64,000 nucleotides of DNA, from NCBI GenBank assembly GCA_047602405.1, contig JASGHJ010000002.1, positions 1,056,001 to 1,120,000 of the forward strand. Direction: 5' to 3'. Position numbers and translations under genes: made by a program. The notes beneath the pieces were generated by a model, which was given only the letters and a program-made list of their open reading frames with translations, was not told the origin of the DNA and did not search any database. Origin of the DNA: Anaeromyxobacteraceae bacterium (lineage in GTDB: Bacteria > Myxococcota > Myxococcia > Myxococcales > Anaeromyxobacteraceae). Every line of letters starts with the position of its first letter. Position 1 is the first letter of the stretch. Positions 1-10,381 of the stretch are shown piece by piece.

Positions 1-1
1 C

Positions 2-838
2 GTGCCGAGCGAGATGCCCGCCTCCTCGCCGCTCGAGGCGCTGAAGGCCCAGGCGGTGACGGCCCGCTCGAACGTGCTCGCCCAGCTCGGCACCCGGCAC
101 CTCACCGACCCGTTCATGCTCTGCGCCGAGGTCCACTGCCAGGCGTACCGGGGCGACGCGGCCCGCACGCCGAAGACCGACCTCGCGGTGAGCGAGACGC
201 GCGGCGAGGCGCTGTTCGGGCGCGAGGACCGCACGCTCGTCGACGCCGTCTACTCGGCGATGTGCGGCGGCCACTCCGAGGACAACGACAAGGTCTGGGG
301 CAACGCCCCGAACGCGAGCCTGCGCGGGCACCCGGACCTGCCGAACGGCGACGGCCGCCGCTGGGACCGGACGCTCCAGGACGAGCGGGCGCTGCGGTCC
401 TTCCTGGGGGACGGGGGCGGCGACGGCGCCTACTGCCGGATGCCCACCTCACGCCGGGATCGCTTCCGCTGGGAGCGCCGGTTCACCCAGGGAGAGCTCG
501 ATCGCCTGCTCGCGTCCATGGGGGTGGGCCGGGTCACCGGGCTCGTGGTCACCTCGCGCGGCGTCTCCGGCCGCGCGCGGGTGCTCGAGGTCCGCGGCGC
601 CACCGGCCGCGCCGAGGTCTCCGGTGAGCTCCGGATCAGGAAGCTCCTCCGGGACCTCCCCTCGGCGATGTTCGTCGTGAACCGCGAGGGCGACGACTGG
701 GTGCTGGAGGGCGGCGGCTGGGGCCACGGCGCCGGGATGTGCCAGTGGGGCGCCGTCGGCCGGGCGGAGTCCGGCCAGGACTACCGCGAGATCCTCCGCG
801 CCTACTTCAGCGGCGCCGAGGTCGCGAAGATGTACTGA
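2..838 (+). CDS. SpoIID/LytB domain protein (5'-truncated by window edge)
   Basis: EMP..SPLEALKAQAVTARS, CQAYRG, YSAMCGGHSE and GWGHGAGMCQWGA motifs typical of SpoIID/LytB; high GC3 codon usage. Confidence 0.9.
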   Translation: MPSEMPASSPLEALKAQAVTARSNVLAQLGTRHLTDPFMLCAEVHCQAYRGDAARTPKTDLAVSETRGEALFGREDRTLVDAVYSAMCGGHSEDNDKVWGNAPNASLRGHPDLPNGDGRRWDRTLQDERALRSFLGDGGGDGAYCRMPTSRRDRFRWERRFTQGELDRLLASMGVGRVTGLVVTSRGVSGRARVLEVRGATGRAEVSGELRIRKLLRDLPSAMFVVNREGDDWVLEGGGWGHGAGMCQWGAVGRAESGQDYREILRAYFSGAEVAKMY

Positions 839-849
839 GTGGAGCGGAC

Positions 850-1217
850 CTGAGCGTAACGACCCAGGCGCGGTGCCTGGCTCGAGGCCGCGCGCGTCGG
901 AAACGGTCCACCTCCGAGACCAGCTCGTCGGTGGAGCACTCGAATCCGTTGCCAGAGCGGATCCGCCACGCCGCCCGAGAACTCGGCGACGTGGCGAACG
1001 CTGCCCGGATCCGGCCGAGTTCCTGGCTCCAGTCACCGATGCAGACATCGTTCTCGCCGAACTACCCCAGGTGCGGCAGCCGACGCCCCGCGACCTCGAT
1101 ACGGAGATCTCCGTGGACGTGGTCGTCAAGTGTCAGCTCCTTGAGAGCGAGGCGCGATCGATCACGGATGACGGCAAGGTCCGTGAAGGTGATCCTGACG
1201 GTGCCGTCTTGCGTCAT
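850..1217 (-). pseudogene. Decayed hypothetical gene remnant
   Basis: ATG at 1217 reads MTQDGTVRITFTDLAV...RRLPHLG, then in-frame TAG (1062-1064), then protein-like FGENDVCIGDWSQELGRIR; further frame disruption near 945-985; lower GC than neighbours; 3' limit approximate. Confidence 0.45.
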
Positions 1218-1567
1218 TCAGTCGTGAGCCTACCTCGTGCGATCGCCGCCAACATCTGCCGAAATCAAGTGGACAGGGCGCAACGTGACGCCGGCCACCC
1301 CTGCGCCCATCCATCACGCCCCCTGCGCCGCAGCGCGAGGCCCCTCCGCCCGGAGGGCCCTCGGCAGCCCCACCCAATCCACGGACCGCAGTGCGACGAC
1401 CGCGCCAGGACGTGGCTGGACCCGGACCTGCTCGCGCCGCCCGTCCGGCCACGGCCTGGCGCGCCTGTCGTCGCCGCGGCTCACCCATCCACGGCGCTCG
1501 CCTCGATCGACGGCGCACCGGCGGGGCTTTGCCCAAGGGCCCGAGGACGGAGGGGCCTCGCGCGGAG

Positions 1568-1615
1568 GCGCCACGGACACCGGCTGCCAGGGAGCCCACG
1601 CTCGGGGCGAACGGG
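1568..1615 (+). repeat. Degenerate copy of ~50-bp palindromic REP-like element
   Basis: ...GGCTGCCAGGGAGCCCACGCTCGGGGCGAACGG matches the tail CCTACGCTCGGG(AT/GC)GAACGG of the copies at 24068-24270. Confidence 0.6.
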
Positions 1616-1651
1616 TTCCTGGAGCCTGGTTCGCTTCCGGGGAGGTGGGCC

Positions 1652-1882
1652 TCAGGGGAGGTGCAGCGTGTGCTTCCGCGGCCGGGGCTTCAGGGCGCGG
1701 AGGGCCACGACCGCGGCGACGAGGGCGAGCGCGCCCATGAGCGCCTCGACGAGCGCGAGGGCCGCGGGGAGGGCGTCGCCGTGGAGCCCGGGCCAGGTCT
1801 CGCGGGCGCGCCAGAGCATGAAGGCGCCGCCGACGCCGAGGAGCACGGCGCGCAGGAGGAGGCGCGGCCTGGAGATGCGCAT
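1652..1882 (-). CDS. Small two-TM hypothetical membrane protein (76 aa)
   Basis: MRISRPRLLLRAVLLGVGGAFMLW...ALVEALMGALALVAAVVAL; two hydrophobic segments; genome-typical codons; internal ATG 1882 of ORF 1652..1981. Confidence 0.65.
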   Translation of the reverse strand: MRISRPRLLLRAVLLGVGGAFMLWRARETWPGLHGDALPAALALVEALMGALALVAAVVALRALKPRPRKHTLHLP

Positions 1883-2061
1883 GCCCCTCGAATGCCACGA
1901 AGCGGGCCGGCGGGGAAGCGCCCGGGCGCGGGCGAGGGCCCGGGCGCGGCGCGGGCGGTGAGGGCGCACACCCGCGCGCACGCCACACGGGCCGGTGACG
2001 CGGGGCGGCGGTCGTCGCAGGTTCTCTCCGGGCCGCGACGTTGCCCAGGGGTGGAAACGAC

Positions 2062-3459
<1,398 letters not shown>

Positions 3460-3460
3460 C

Positions 3461-3682
3461 TCAGGCCCGCTCGGCCTGGCCCTCCAGCGCGCGGGGCAGC
3501 GCGCCGCCGGTGCGGTCGGCCGCCCGCGCGCCGGCGGGCGCCTGGCGCCGCGCGCTCGCCCACAGGAACACGATCCCGAGCGCCACGAGCACGAGCGGCT
3601 GGGCCCATGGCTGCGGGAAGAGCCCGATGATCGCGGCCCCCGCGCCGAACAGCCCCACCGTCCAGACCGCAGTCCTGAGCAT
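3461..3682 (-). CDS. Small hypothetical membrane protein (73 aa)
   Basis: Strong SD GAGGAGG upstream of the ATG; two hydrophobic helices. Confidence 0.7.
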   Translation of the reverse strand: MLRTAVWTVGLFGAGAAIIGLFPQPWAQPLVLVALGIVFLWASARRQAPAGARAADRTGGALPRALEGQAERA

Positions 3683-3702
3683 GCCGGCGCCTCCTCGCGA
3701 CC

Positions 3703-3788
3703 GAAGGGAAGCTCATCCCTCGACGCCTCGCCCGCAACGGCGCACGGCGCGCGGGCAGGCGGAGTTCCCAGGGAGTGAACTTCCCTTC
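3703..3788. promoter_or_regulatory. Candidate enhancer (UAS) inverted repeat
   Basis: GAAGGGAAGCTCA (3703-3715) and TGAACTTCCCTTC (3776-3788) are reverse complements at 12/13 positions, 115-200 bp upstream of the sigma54 promoter. Confidence 0.4.
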
Positions 3789-3902
3789 CACCGTCGCGCA
3801 CACGCGCGCCCACCATCCGCCATGCGCCTGCCCGGGCGGCGCGCCCTCCGGCGCCCGCGGAGCGGGCGATTCCGCGCGATCGGGATTCCCGCCCGGAGCC
3901 CA

Positions 3903-3918
3903 TGGCACGGCCGATGCT
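3903..3918 (+). promoter_or_regulatory. sigma54 (-24/-12) promoter of polysaccharide operon
   Basis: TGGCACGGCCGATGCT = GG-N10-GC with a perfect TGGCACG, ending ~55 bp before the wza ATG, next to a bEBP gene. Confidence 0.8.
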
Positions 3919-3971
3919 CAGGGCCGCCCGCGTGTTCGGGGCCGCGTCCGGCCCCGCTGGAGGAACACCGG

Positions 3972-4547
3972 ATGTCCCGAGCTCGCCTGCCCTTCGTCCT
4001 CGCCTTCGCCGTCGCCGCCGGCTGCGCCTCGGAGGCGCCCGCGCGCCGCGACGCCGAGGTGCGCCCCGACGCCGAGTACCGCATCGGGCGCGAGGACGTG
4101 CTCGAGGTGGTGGTGTGGCACGAGCCCGAGCTGACCCGCGTCGTGCCGGTGCGGCCGGACGGGCGCATCTCGCTGCCGCTCGCCGGCGAGGTCGAGGCGG
4201 CCGGGATGACGCCGTCCGAGCTGCAGGCCCGCCTCACGAAGAGCCTCTCGCCCTTCGTGCAGGACGCGGCGGTGGCGGTGCTCGTGCGCGAGGTGAACGC
4301 CGCGCGCGTCTTCGTGCTCGGCGAGGTCGCCCACCCGGGCGGCTTCCCGCTGCGCGGGCCGCTCACGGTGGTGCAGGCGATCGCGCTCGCGGGCGGGCGC
4401 ACGGAGTTCGCGGGGCGCTCGATCCAGTGGCTCAGGGCGCGCCCGGACGGCTCGACCGAGCGGGTGGAGCTCTCGTTCGAGGAGCTCGTGAAGGCGAACA
4501 AGGGTGGCCAGTGGCTGCGCGGCGGCGACGTCCTCTACGTGCCGTGA
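3972..4547 (+). CDS. wza: Short OPX/Wza polysaccharide export lipoprotein (ExoA-like)
   Basis: Lipobox AAGC; YRIGREDVL, VRPDGRISLPLAGEV..AG (PES motif), SLBB domain; ends GDVLYVP; SD GGAGGA. Confidence 0.9.
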   Translation: MSRARLPFVLAFAVAAGCASEAPARRDAEVRPDAEYRIGREDVLEVVVWHEPELTRVVPVRPDGRISLPLAGEVEAAGMTPSELQARLTKSLSPFVQDAAVAVLVREVNAARVFVLGEVAHPGGFPLRGPLTVVQAIALAGGRTEFAGRSIQWLRARPDGSTERVELSFEELVKANKGGQWLRGGDVLYVP

Positions 4548-4560
4548 GGCGGAGCCGACG

Positions 4561-5718
4561 GTGATCGCGGGGCCGGGGATGGGAGCGCGGGCGATGGGGT
4601 CGGGGTCGAGGCTGAGCGGGGCCGTGCTGGTCGCGGCGTTGCTCGTCGCGGCCGGGCCGTCCCGGGGGGAGACGGTCGCCGTCCCCATCGCCCGGCTCTC
4701 GCTGTGGGGCGGCTGGGACTCGAACGCGCTCTACGAGGGGCGCGGCGGCGACCGGGCCGGGCGGCTCTCCCCGGAGCTCGGGGTGCGGCTGATGAACGAG
4801 CGGCTCGACCTGAAGCTCTCCGGCGGCGCCGACCTGCTCGTGTACGAGCGCTACGACCGCGGGGGCACCTGGAACCCGCGCGCCGCGCTCTCGCTCGATG
4901 GCCGCGGCGACCGCCGGCTGACCGTCGGCCTCACCGGCAACTTCCAGCACGCGTTCGACCCCGCCGGGCTGGCGCAGCTCGGCGTGTTCCGGACCGGGCG
5001 CGCCTCGGCGACCACCGTGGAGGGGCGCGGGCGGCTCGCCTGGCGCGCGACCGAGCGGCTCGAGGTGGCGGGGACCTACGCGGATCGCACGGTGCGCTTC
5101 GACGACGGCTCGGGCGGCGCGATGCACGCGCCCGGGCTCGAGGCGCTCTACCGGGTGCTCCCCCGCGTCGCCGTGGGCGCCGCCGGGGGCGTGGCGCTCT
5201 TCCAGGGCTTCGCCGCCACGGGCGACGAGCACGCCTTCTCGAGCTCGGGGCGCGCGCGCCTGCGGGTGGACCTCGACCGGCGCCTGCGCCTCGAGGCCGC
5301 CGCGGGGCCCGCGCTCTGGTCCGGGCCGGACGGCCGCGCGGTCGTGCCGGAGGGCACGGCCGAGCTCAGGGCCGGCTACCGGACCTGGGACCTCGCCGCG
5401 ACCCTGTTCCACGGCCTCGGCATCGGCTCGACCGCCCGGCCGGGCCTCGTCACGAGCGCGGAGGTGGCGGCGGAGAAGCGCTTCGGCCTGTGGCTCGCGC
5501 TCCGCGGCCGCGCCGGCGTCTGGCGGTCGGGGCGCGCCCCCGGCGGAGAGGACGCGGTCGAGGGCTACGCCGCCTCGGCGGAGGCGGCGGCGTACGCCGG
5601 CGGGGGCGTGCGCGTCCTCCTCTCCGCCACACGCTTCGCGCGGATCGACGACCCGTCGCCCGCGCTCGGTCGGACCACGGTGGGGCTCGGGCTCTCCTGG
5701 GAGCTCGAGCCCCGCTGA
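4561..5718 (+). CDS. Outer-membrane beta-barrel partner of OPX (ExoB-like)
   Basis: Signal peptide, GGWDSN motif, alternating amphipathic strands, terminal GLGLSWEL; lies between wza and wzc; start uncertain (GTG 4561, ATG 4579 or 4594). Confidence 0.7.
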   Translation: MIAGPGMGARAMGSGSRLSGAVLVAALLVAAGPSRGETVAVPIARLSLWGGWDSNALYEGRGGDRAGRLSPELGVRLMNERLDLKLSGGADLLVYERYDRGGTWNPRAALSLDGRGDRRLTVGLTGNFQHAFDPAGLAQLGVFRTGRASATTVEGRGRLAWRATERLEVAGTYADRTVRFDDGSGGAMHAPGLEALYRVLPRVAVGAAGGVALFQGFAATGDEHAFSSSGRARLRVDLDRRLRLEAAAGPALWSGPDGRAVVPEGTAELRAGYRTWDLAATLFHGLGIGSTARPGLVTSAEVAAEKRFGLWLALRGRAGVWRSGRAPGGEDAVEGYAASAEAAAYAGGGVRVLLSATRFARIDDPSPALGRTTVGLGLSWELEPR

Positions 5719-5738
5719 GACACGGAAGGGAACCTGGA

Positions 5739-7106
5739 ATGGACCGCAACTACTCGCTGCACGACCTCCTCGCCGCCCTGCGCCGCCGGCGCGGGATCGC
5801 GATCGGGATCTTCCTCGCCGCGCTGGCGCTCGGCACGGCGATCGCGCTGCTCGTGCCCGCGGAGTACACGGCGCGCTCGGTCGTCCAGATCGAGCCCCGC
5901 CGGCAGAGCTTCGACTTCTTCCCGGCCCAGAACGCGACGCCGTTCGAGGACCGGATGCGGACCATCAAGCACGGGATCCTGTCCCGGCCGATCCTCGAGC
6001 AGGTCGTGAGGGAGACCGACTTCTTCCCGGAGCTCGCCGGGAACGTCGACGAGGCGGTCGAGCGGATGCGCCGGCACGTCGAGGTCCGGCTCGAGGGTGA
6101 GGTGCCCGCCGGGGCGCCCGCCCTCCTGTTCGTGGTCGAGGTCCGCGGCGAGGACCCGGACCGGGTCGAGCGCGCGGCGGCCCTGCTCCCGAAGCTGTAC
6201 GAGGCGCGGACCCGGGAGGTCCTGCTCGGCCAGGCCCGCGCGCTGCGCGAGACGCTCGACGCCCAGGTGAAGGAGCTCGGCGGGGAGCTCGCCGGCCACG
6301 AGGCGCGGATCACCGCGTTCAAGGCGAGGAACGCCGCGAGCCTGCCGGAGGTGGTCGAGGACCACGCCCGGGCCATGGGCCGGCTGCAGAGCGTGCTCGA
6401 GCTGCGGATCGGCGCGATTGCCGACGCGCGCCGGCGCCGCTCCTCGCTGCTCGCCTCGATCCCGGAGGGGCCGTCGGTCTCGGGGATGGCCGAGGCCGGC
6501 CTCGACGCCGCCCGCCGCAAGCTCGACGCCGTGAAGGCGGCCTACGGGCCGAGGCACCCCGACGTGCTGCGCGCTGGCCGCGAGTACCAGGAGGCGCTCT
6601 CGCGCCGCGACGAGGAGCTCGGGCGCTGGCGCGACGAGCGGCTCGGCGGCGAGCTCTCGCGCCTCGACAAGGAGGTCGAGGAGGACGAGGCCGACGTGGC
6701 CGCCCTGCGGACGCAGCTCGCGGAGCTGCAGGGCAAGATCGACGCCGCCCCGCGCATCGGGCAGGAGCTCTCGACGCTCTCGCGCGACCAGGAGGTGGTG
6801 CGCGGGAAGTACGCCGCCACGGTCTCGCGCCGCGCCGACGCCGCGGCCGCCGAGGCGCTCCTCGCCGCCGACCAGGGCACGATGTTCCGCACGGTGGATC
6901 CCGCGGGCCGGCCGGCGCGGCCCTCCGCCCCGGACCGCGCGCGGCTGCTCTGGCTCGCGTTCCTGGCCGCGCTCGCCGCCGGCTTCGGCGCGGCCGGCCT
7001 CGCCGAGTGGCTCGATCCGTCCATGCGCGGCCCGGAGGACGCGGCGTCCTTGCCGGTCCCGGTCCTCGCCGCCGTCCCCCGCATCGGCCCGCGCAGGGCC
7101 TCCTGA
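5739..7106 (+). CDS. wzc: Polysaccharide co-polymerase, Wzc/GumC membrane part (ExoC-like)
   Basis: N- and C-terminal TM helices, coiled-coil core, YGPRHPDV motif, P-x-x-P before TM2, LPVPVLAAVP end. Confidence 0.85.
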   Translation: MDRNYSLHDLLAALRRRRGIAIGIFLAALALGTAIALLVPAEYTARSVVQIEPRRQSFDFFPAQNATPFEDRMRTIKHGILSRPILEQVVRETDFFPELAGNVDEAVERMRRHVEVRLEGEVPAGAPALLFVVEVRGEDPDRVERAAALLPKLYEARTREVLLGQARALRETLDAQVKELGGELAGHEARITAFKARNAASLPEVVEDHARAMGRLQSVLELRIGAIADARRRRSSLLASIPEGPSVSGMAEAGLDAARRKLDAVKAAYGPRHPDVLRAGREYQEALSRRDEELGRWRDERLGGELSRLDKEVEEDEADVAALRTQLAELQGKIDAAPRIGQELSTLSRDQEVVRGKYAATVSRRADAAAAEALLAADQGTMFRTVDPAGRPARPSAPDRARLLWLAFLAALAAGFGAAGLAEWLDPSMRGPEDAASLPVPVLAAVPRIGPRRAS

Positions 7107-7137
7107 AGCCCACCCGTCGCACGAGGAGGATTCGATC

Positions 7138-7869
7138 ATGATGTCCGCAGACACCCTGACGGCCGAGCTGCCCGCCACCACGCCCGAGTCGCGGCTCGTG
7201 GCCCTCGCGGCGCCCGAGAGCGCCGCCGCAGAGCAGTACCGCGTGCTCCTCTCGCGCCTCGCCCGGCTGGCCTCGCGCCGGCCGATGCGCGCGGTGGCGG
7301 TCACCTCCGCCGGGCGCGGGGAAGGGCGCACCACCACCGCCATGAACCTCGCGCTCACGGCGGCCCAGGAGGGCAGGGCCGCGGTGCTCGTGGAGGCCGA
7401 CCTGCGGCGCCCGGCGCTCGCCGGCCTGCTCGGGCTCTCGCCGCGCGCGGGGGTGGGTGAGCTCCTCGAGGGCCGGGCGGAGCTCTCCGAGGCCGTCGCG
7501 CGGGTGGGGCCGCTCGCCGTGCTCTGCGCGGGCCAGGTGCGCGATCCCGCCTCGGCCGCGCGCGGCGCGCGGGCGGGCGTGCTGCTCGAGCAGCTCCGGG
7601 CCGCGTACGACCTCGTCGTCCTCGATGCGCCCCCGGCGATGTCGTTCCTCGACGGCGACCGCCTCGCGGGCGCGGCCGACGGCGCCATCCTCGTCGTGCG
7701 GGCCGGCGTCACGCCCCGCCCGGTCGTGAAGCTCGCGCTCGAGGCGATTGGCGACCGCGCCGCGGGGATCGTGCTCAACGCGGTGGACCCCGAGGCGACC
7801 GTCCACGGGCGGTGGATCTACGCCGCGCCCGAGGACGAGCCGGGCCTGCCGGGCCGCAAGGTCGGGTAG
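7138..7869 (+). CDS. CpsD/CapB BY-kinase-family protein (ExoD-like), Walker A Lys replaced by Arg
   Basis: AEQYRVL, VTSAGRGEGRTT, VLVEADLRRP, DLVVLDAPP motifs. Confidence 0.88.
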   Translation: MMSADTLTAELPATTPESRLVALAAPESAAAEQYRVLLSRLARLASRRPMRAVAVTSAGRGEGRTTTAMNLALTAAQEGRAAVLVEADLRRPALAGLLGLSPRAGVGELLEGRAELSEAVARVGPLAVLCAGQVRDPASAARGARAGVLLEQLRAAYDLVVLDAPPAMSFLDGDRLAGAADGAILVVRAGVTPRPVVKLALEAIGDRAAGIVLNAVDPEATVHGRWIYAAPEDEPGLPGRKVG

Positions 7870-7890
7870 GGCGCGGGCCGGGAGGGAGCC

Positions 7891-7938
7891 CGGCGAAGCG
7901 CAGCGGAGCCGATTCCGGGGAGGGGGCTACGCCCCCTC
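7891..7938. repeat. Intergenic hairpin element between exoD- and exoE-like genes
   Basis: GAGGGGGC-TAC-GCCCCCTC stem (7920-7938), preceded by GCGCAGCGGAG, which is also present in the REP copy at 24242. Confidence 0.45.
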
Positions 7939-7957
7939 GAAATGCAGGGGGGGAACC

Positions 7958-9347
7958 TTGGTCCGCGTCTTCAACCACTGGCTGTCGCCGCGCAAGGCGG
8001 CGTTCTTCTTCGCCGAGGAGATGGTCCTCGTCGTCGCGCTGCTCGCAGGCGCCTCGCTCGCGCCGGTCGCGGCCCAGGGCCCGGACGCGCCGCCGGTCGC
8101 GCCGGGCGCGCTCCGGGCGCTCGTCGCCTCGCTCTTCTTCGCCGGGGCGCTCTACCTCGGCGATCTCTACGACATGGGCGCCGCCGTCCGGGACCGGAAC
8201 GACGGCCGCCGGCTCCTGCGCGCGATCGGAGTCGCGGTCATCGCGCTCGCCGTGGCCGACGTCGCGCTCGACCTCTTCCTGCCGGGCTGGATGCTCCACC
8301 GCGGGCTCGTGCTCTCCGCCGCCGGCGGCGCGATTGGGGTGGTCGCCGTGCGGGCGCTCATGCCGGCGGTGGTGGGACCGCCGACCCGGGTGCTCTTCGT
8401 GGGCACCGGGCCGCGCGCCCGCGACCTCGCCCGGGCGATCGACCGGGACGCCGCGGGCCTCTACCGCTCCGCGGGCTTCGTGGCGATGCCGTCCGCGCGC
8501 CTGCCCTGGGCGGTCCCGGCCGAGGCCGTGCACCGGGGCGAGCTCGGCGAGGTGGCCCGCAGGGTGCGCGCCCACGTCATCGTCGTCGCCATGGAGGACC
8601 GCCGCGAGGGGTTCCCCGCGGAGGAGCTGCTCGTGCTGCGCACGACCGGCAGCCGCGTCGTCGACGACGTGGGGTTCGCCGAGGCGGCGCTGCAGCGCAT
8701 CCCGCTCGCGCTGGTCCGGCCGAGCGCGCTCATCTTCGACGAGGGCTTCCGCGTCTCGCGCGCCACCGCGGCCGCGAAGCGGATCCTCGACGTCGTGCTC
8801 TCGCTCGGGCTCCTCGTGGCCACCGCGCCGCTCGGGGCGGTGGTCGCGCTCGCGCTCTGGGCGACCGACGGCCGGCCGCTGCTCGACCTGCAGGAGCGCA
8901 CCGGCCGGGGGGGCCGCACCTACCGGATTCCGCAAGTTCCGCACGATGCGGCGGGACGCCGAGCGCCTGGGCGCGGCCTGGGCCACCCAGGACGACCCGC
9001 GCGTGCTCCCGCTCGGGCGCTTCCTGCGCCGCACGCGGCTCGACGAGCTGCCGCAGCTCTGGAACGTGCTCGCGGGCGACATGAGCCTCGTGGGGCCGCG
9101 GCCCGAGCGGCCGGTCTTCCTCGCGGAGATCAAGGCGCGCTGGCCGCTCTTCGGCCTGCGCGAGCTCGTGAAGCCCGGCCTCACCGGCTGGGCCCAGCTC
9201 AAGTTCGGCTACGGGTCGACGCTCGAGGAGCAGTCGAAGAAGCTCGAGTACGACCTCTACTACATCAAGAACGCGGGGCTCTTCCTCGACCTCGTCTGCC
9301 TGCTCGCGACCGCGAAGGTCGTGCTGCTCGGGAGGGGCGCGCGATGA
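7958..9347 (+). CDS. Polyprenyl-phosphate hexose-1-phosphate transferase (ExoE/WcaJ-like), +1 frameshift at ~8929
   Basis: TTG start MVRVFNHW; TM helices; KRILD in the first frame, then KFRTM..DDPRV..GRFLRRTRLDELPQLWNVLAGDMSLVGPRPE in the next frame; deleting one T from GATTC (8926-8930) joins them. Confidence 0.9.
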
Positions 9348-10381
9348 GCCCGGAGGTGGAGGTCGTCTCGCAGGAGCGGCGGCCGGAGCCGCCGCCGCGG
9401 CCGGCGCTCGCCGCGCCGCTGCGCGTGGTCGCGTTCGGGGGCGGCACCGGCCTGCCGCGCGTGCTCGCGGGCCTCCTCCGGCTCCGGCCCGCCGGCGGCG
9501 GGCCCACGCCCGGGGTGGGCGAGGAGGAGCTCACCGGCGGCCCGCCGCTCGCGATCACCGCGGTCGTCGCCGCCTCCGACGACGGCGGCAGCTCGGGCGC
9601 GCTCCGCCGGGCGTTCGGCGTGCCCGCGCCCGGCGACGCGCGGAACTGCCTCGTCGCGCTCGCGGGGCCAGGGAGCCCGCTCGCAGGGGTCTTCCAGCAC
9701 CGCTTCGAGGGCGAGGCGGGGCTCGCGGGGCACCCGGTGGGCAACCTCGTCCTCACCGCGCTGGCGCAGCGGCTGGGCGACTTCGGGGCCGCGGTCGACG
9801 CCGCGGCGGCGCTGCTCGGCGCCCGGGGGCGGGTGGTCCCCGCGACGCATGCGCCGGCCGCGCTCGTGGGCGAGCTCGCCGACGGCACGGAGGTCGCGGG
9901 CGAGTCCGCGCTCGCCGGGGCCGGGATCCCGGTGTCGCGGGTGCGGCTCGCGCGGGCCGCCGCGGCGCCGGCGGCGGTGCTGGAGGCGCTCGCCGAGGCC
10001 GACCTCGTCGTGCTCGGGCCGGGGAGCCTCTACTCGAGCGTCCTCGCGAGCGCGCTCGCGGACGGCGTCGCGCGGGCCCTCGCCGAGACGCCCGCGACGC
10101 GCGTGCTCGTCGTGAACCTCGCCTGCGAGCGCGGCGAGGCCGCGGGGCTCTCGCCCGCCGGGCACGTGCGCGCGGTGCTGCGGCACCTCGGCGACGCCGT
10201 CGACGTCGCGCTCCTCGACCGGAGCACGGTCGGCCCCGCGGAGCGCGCCGCCGTGGAGGCCCTCGGGGTGGTGCCGGTCACGGCCGAGCTGCTCCCCGAC
10301 GCGGCGGATCCCGCGCAGGCCGGGCTGCACGACCCCGCGAAGCTCGCCCGCGCGCTCCTCCGGCTCGCGCGGGTCAGGTGA
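9344..10381 (+). CDS. YvcK/gluconeogenesis-factor family protein (ExoF-like)
   Basis: GGGTGL, DDGGSSG, PGDARNCL, GHPVGNL, GPGSLYSS motifs; ATGA coupling to the upstream gene. Confidence 0.9.
   Translation: MSPEVEVVSQERRPEPPPRPALAAPLRVVAFGGGTGLPRVLAGLLRLRPAGGGPTPGVGEEELTGGPPLAITAVVAASDDGGSSGALRRAFGVPAPGDARNCLVALAGPGSPLAGVFQHRFEGEAGLAGHPVGNLVLTALAQRLGDFGAAVDAAAALLGARGRVVPATHAPAALVGELADGTEVAGESALAGAGIPVSRVRLARAAAAPAAVLEALAEADLVVLGPGSLYSSVLASALADGVARALAETPATRVLVVNLACERGEAAGLSPAGHVRAVLRHLGDAVDVALLDRSTVGPAERAAVEALGVVPVTAELLPDAADPAQAGLHDPAKLARALLRLARVR
9472..9521 (+). repeat. Degenerate REP-like element in frame within yvcK/exoF
   Basis: CTCCGGCCCGC-CGGCG-GCGGGCC-CACGCCCGGGGTGGGCG aligns to CTCCGGCCCGC-TGC-GCGGGCC-TACGCTCGGGATGAGCG. 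Confidence 0.65.

Noticed and set aside
1062..1064. In-frame TAG as pyrrolysine or readthrough
   Set aside because: Additional frame disruptions downstream fit pseudogene decay; no pyl genes in the window
7748..10381. 877-aa apparent PHPT-YvcK fusion ORF
   Set aside because: Artefact of the +1 frameshift at ~8929; the PHPT C-terminus is in another frame and ends at 9347 with ATGA coupling to yvcK
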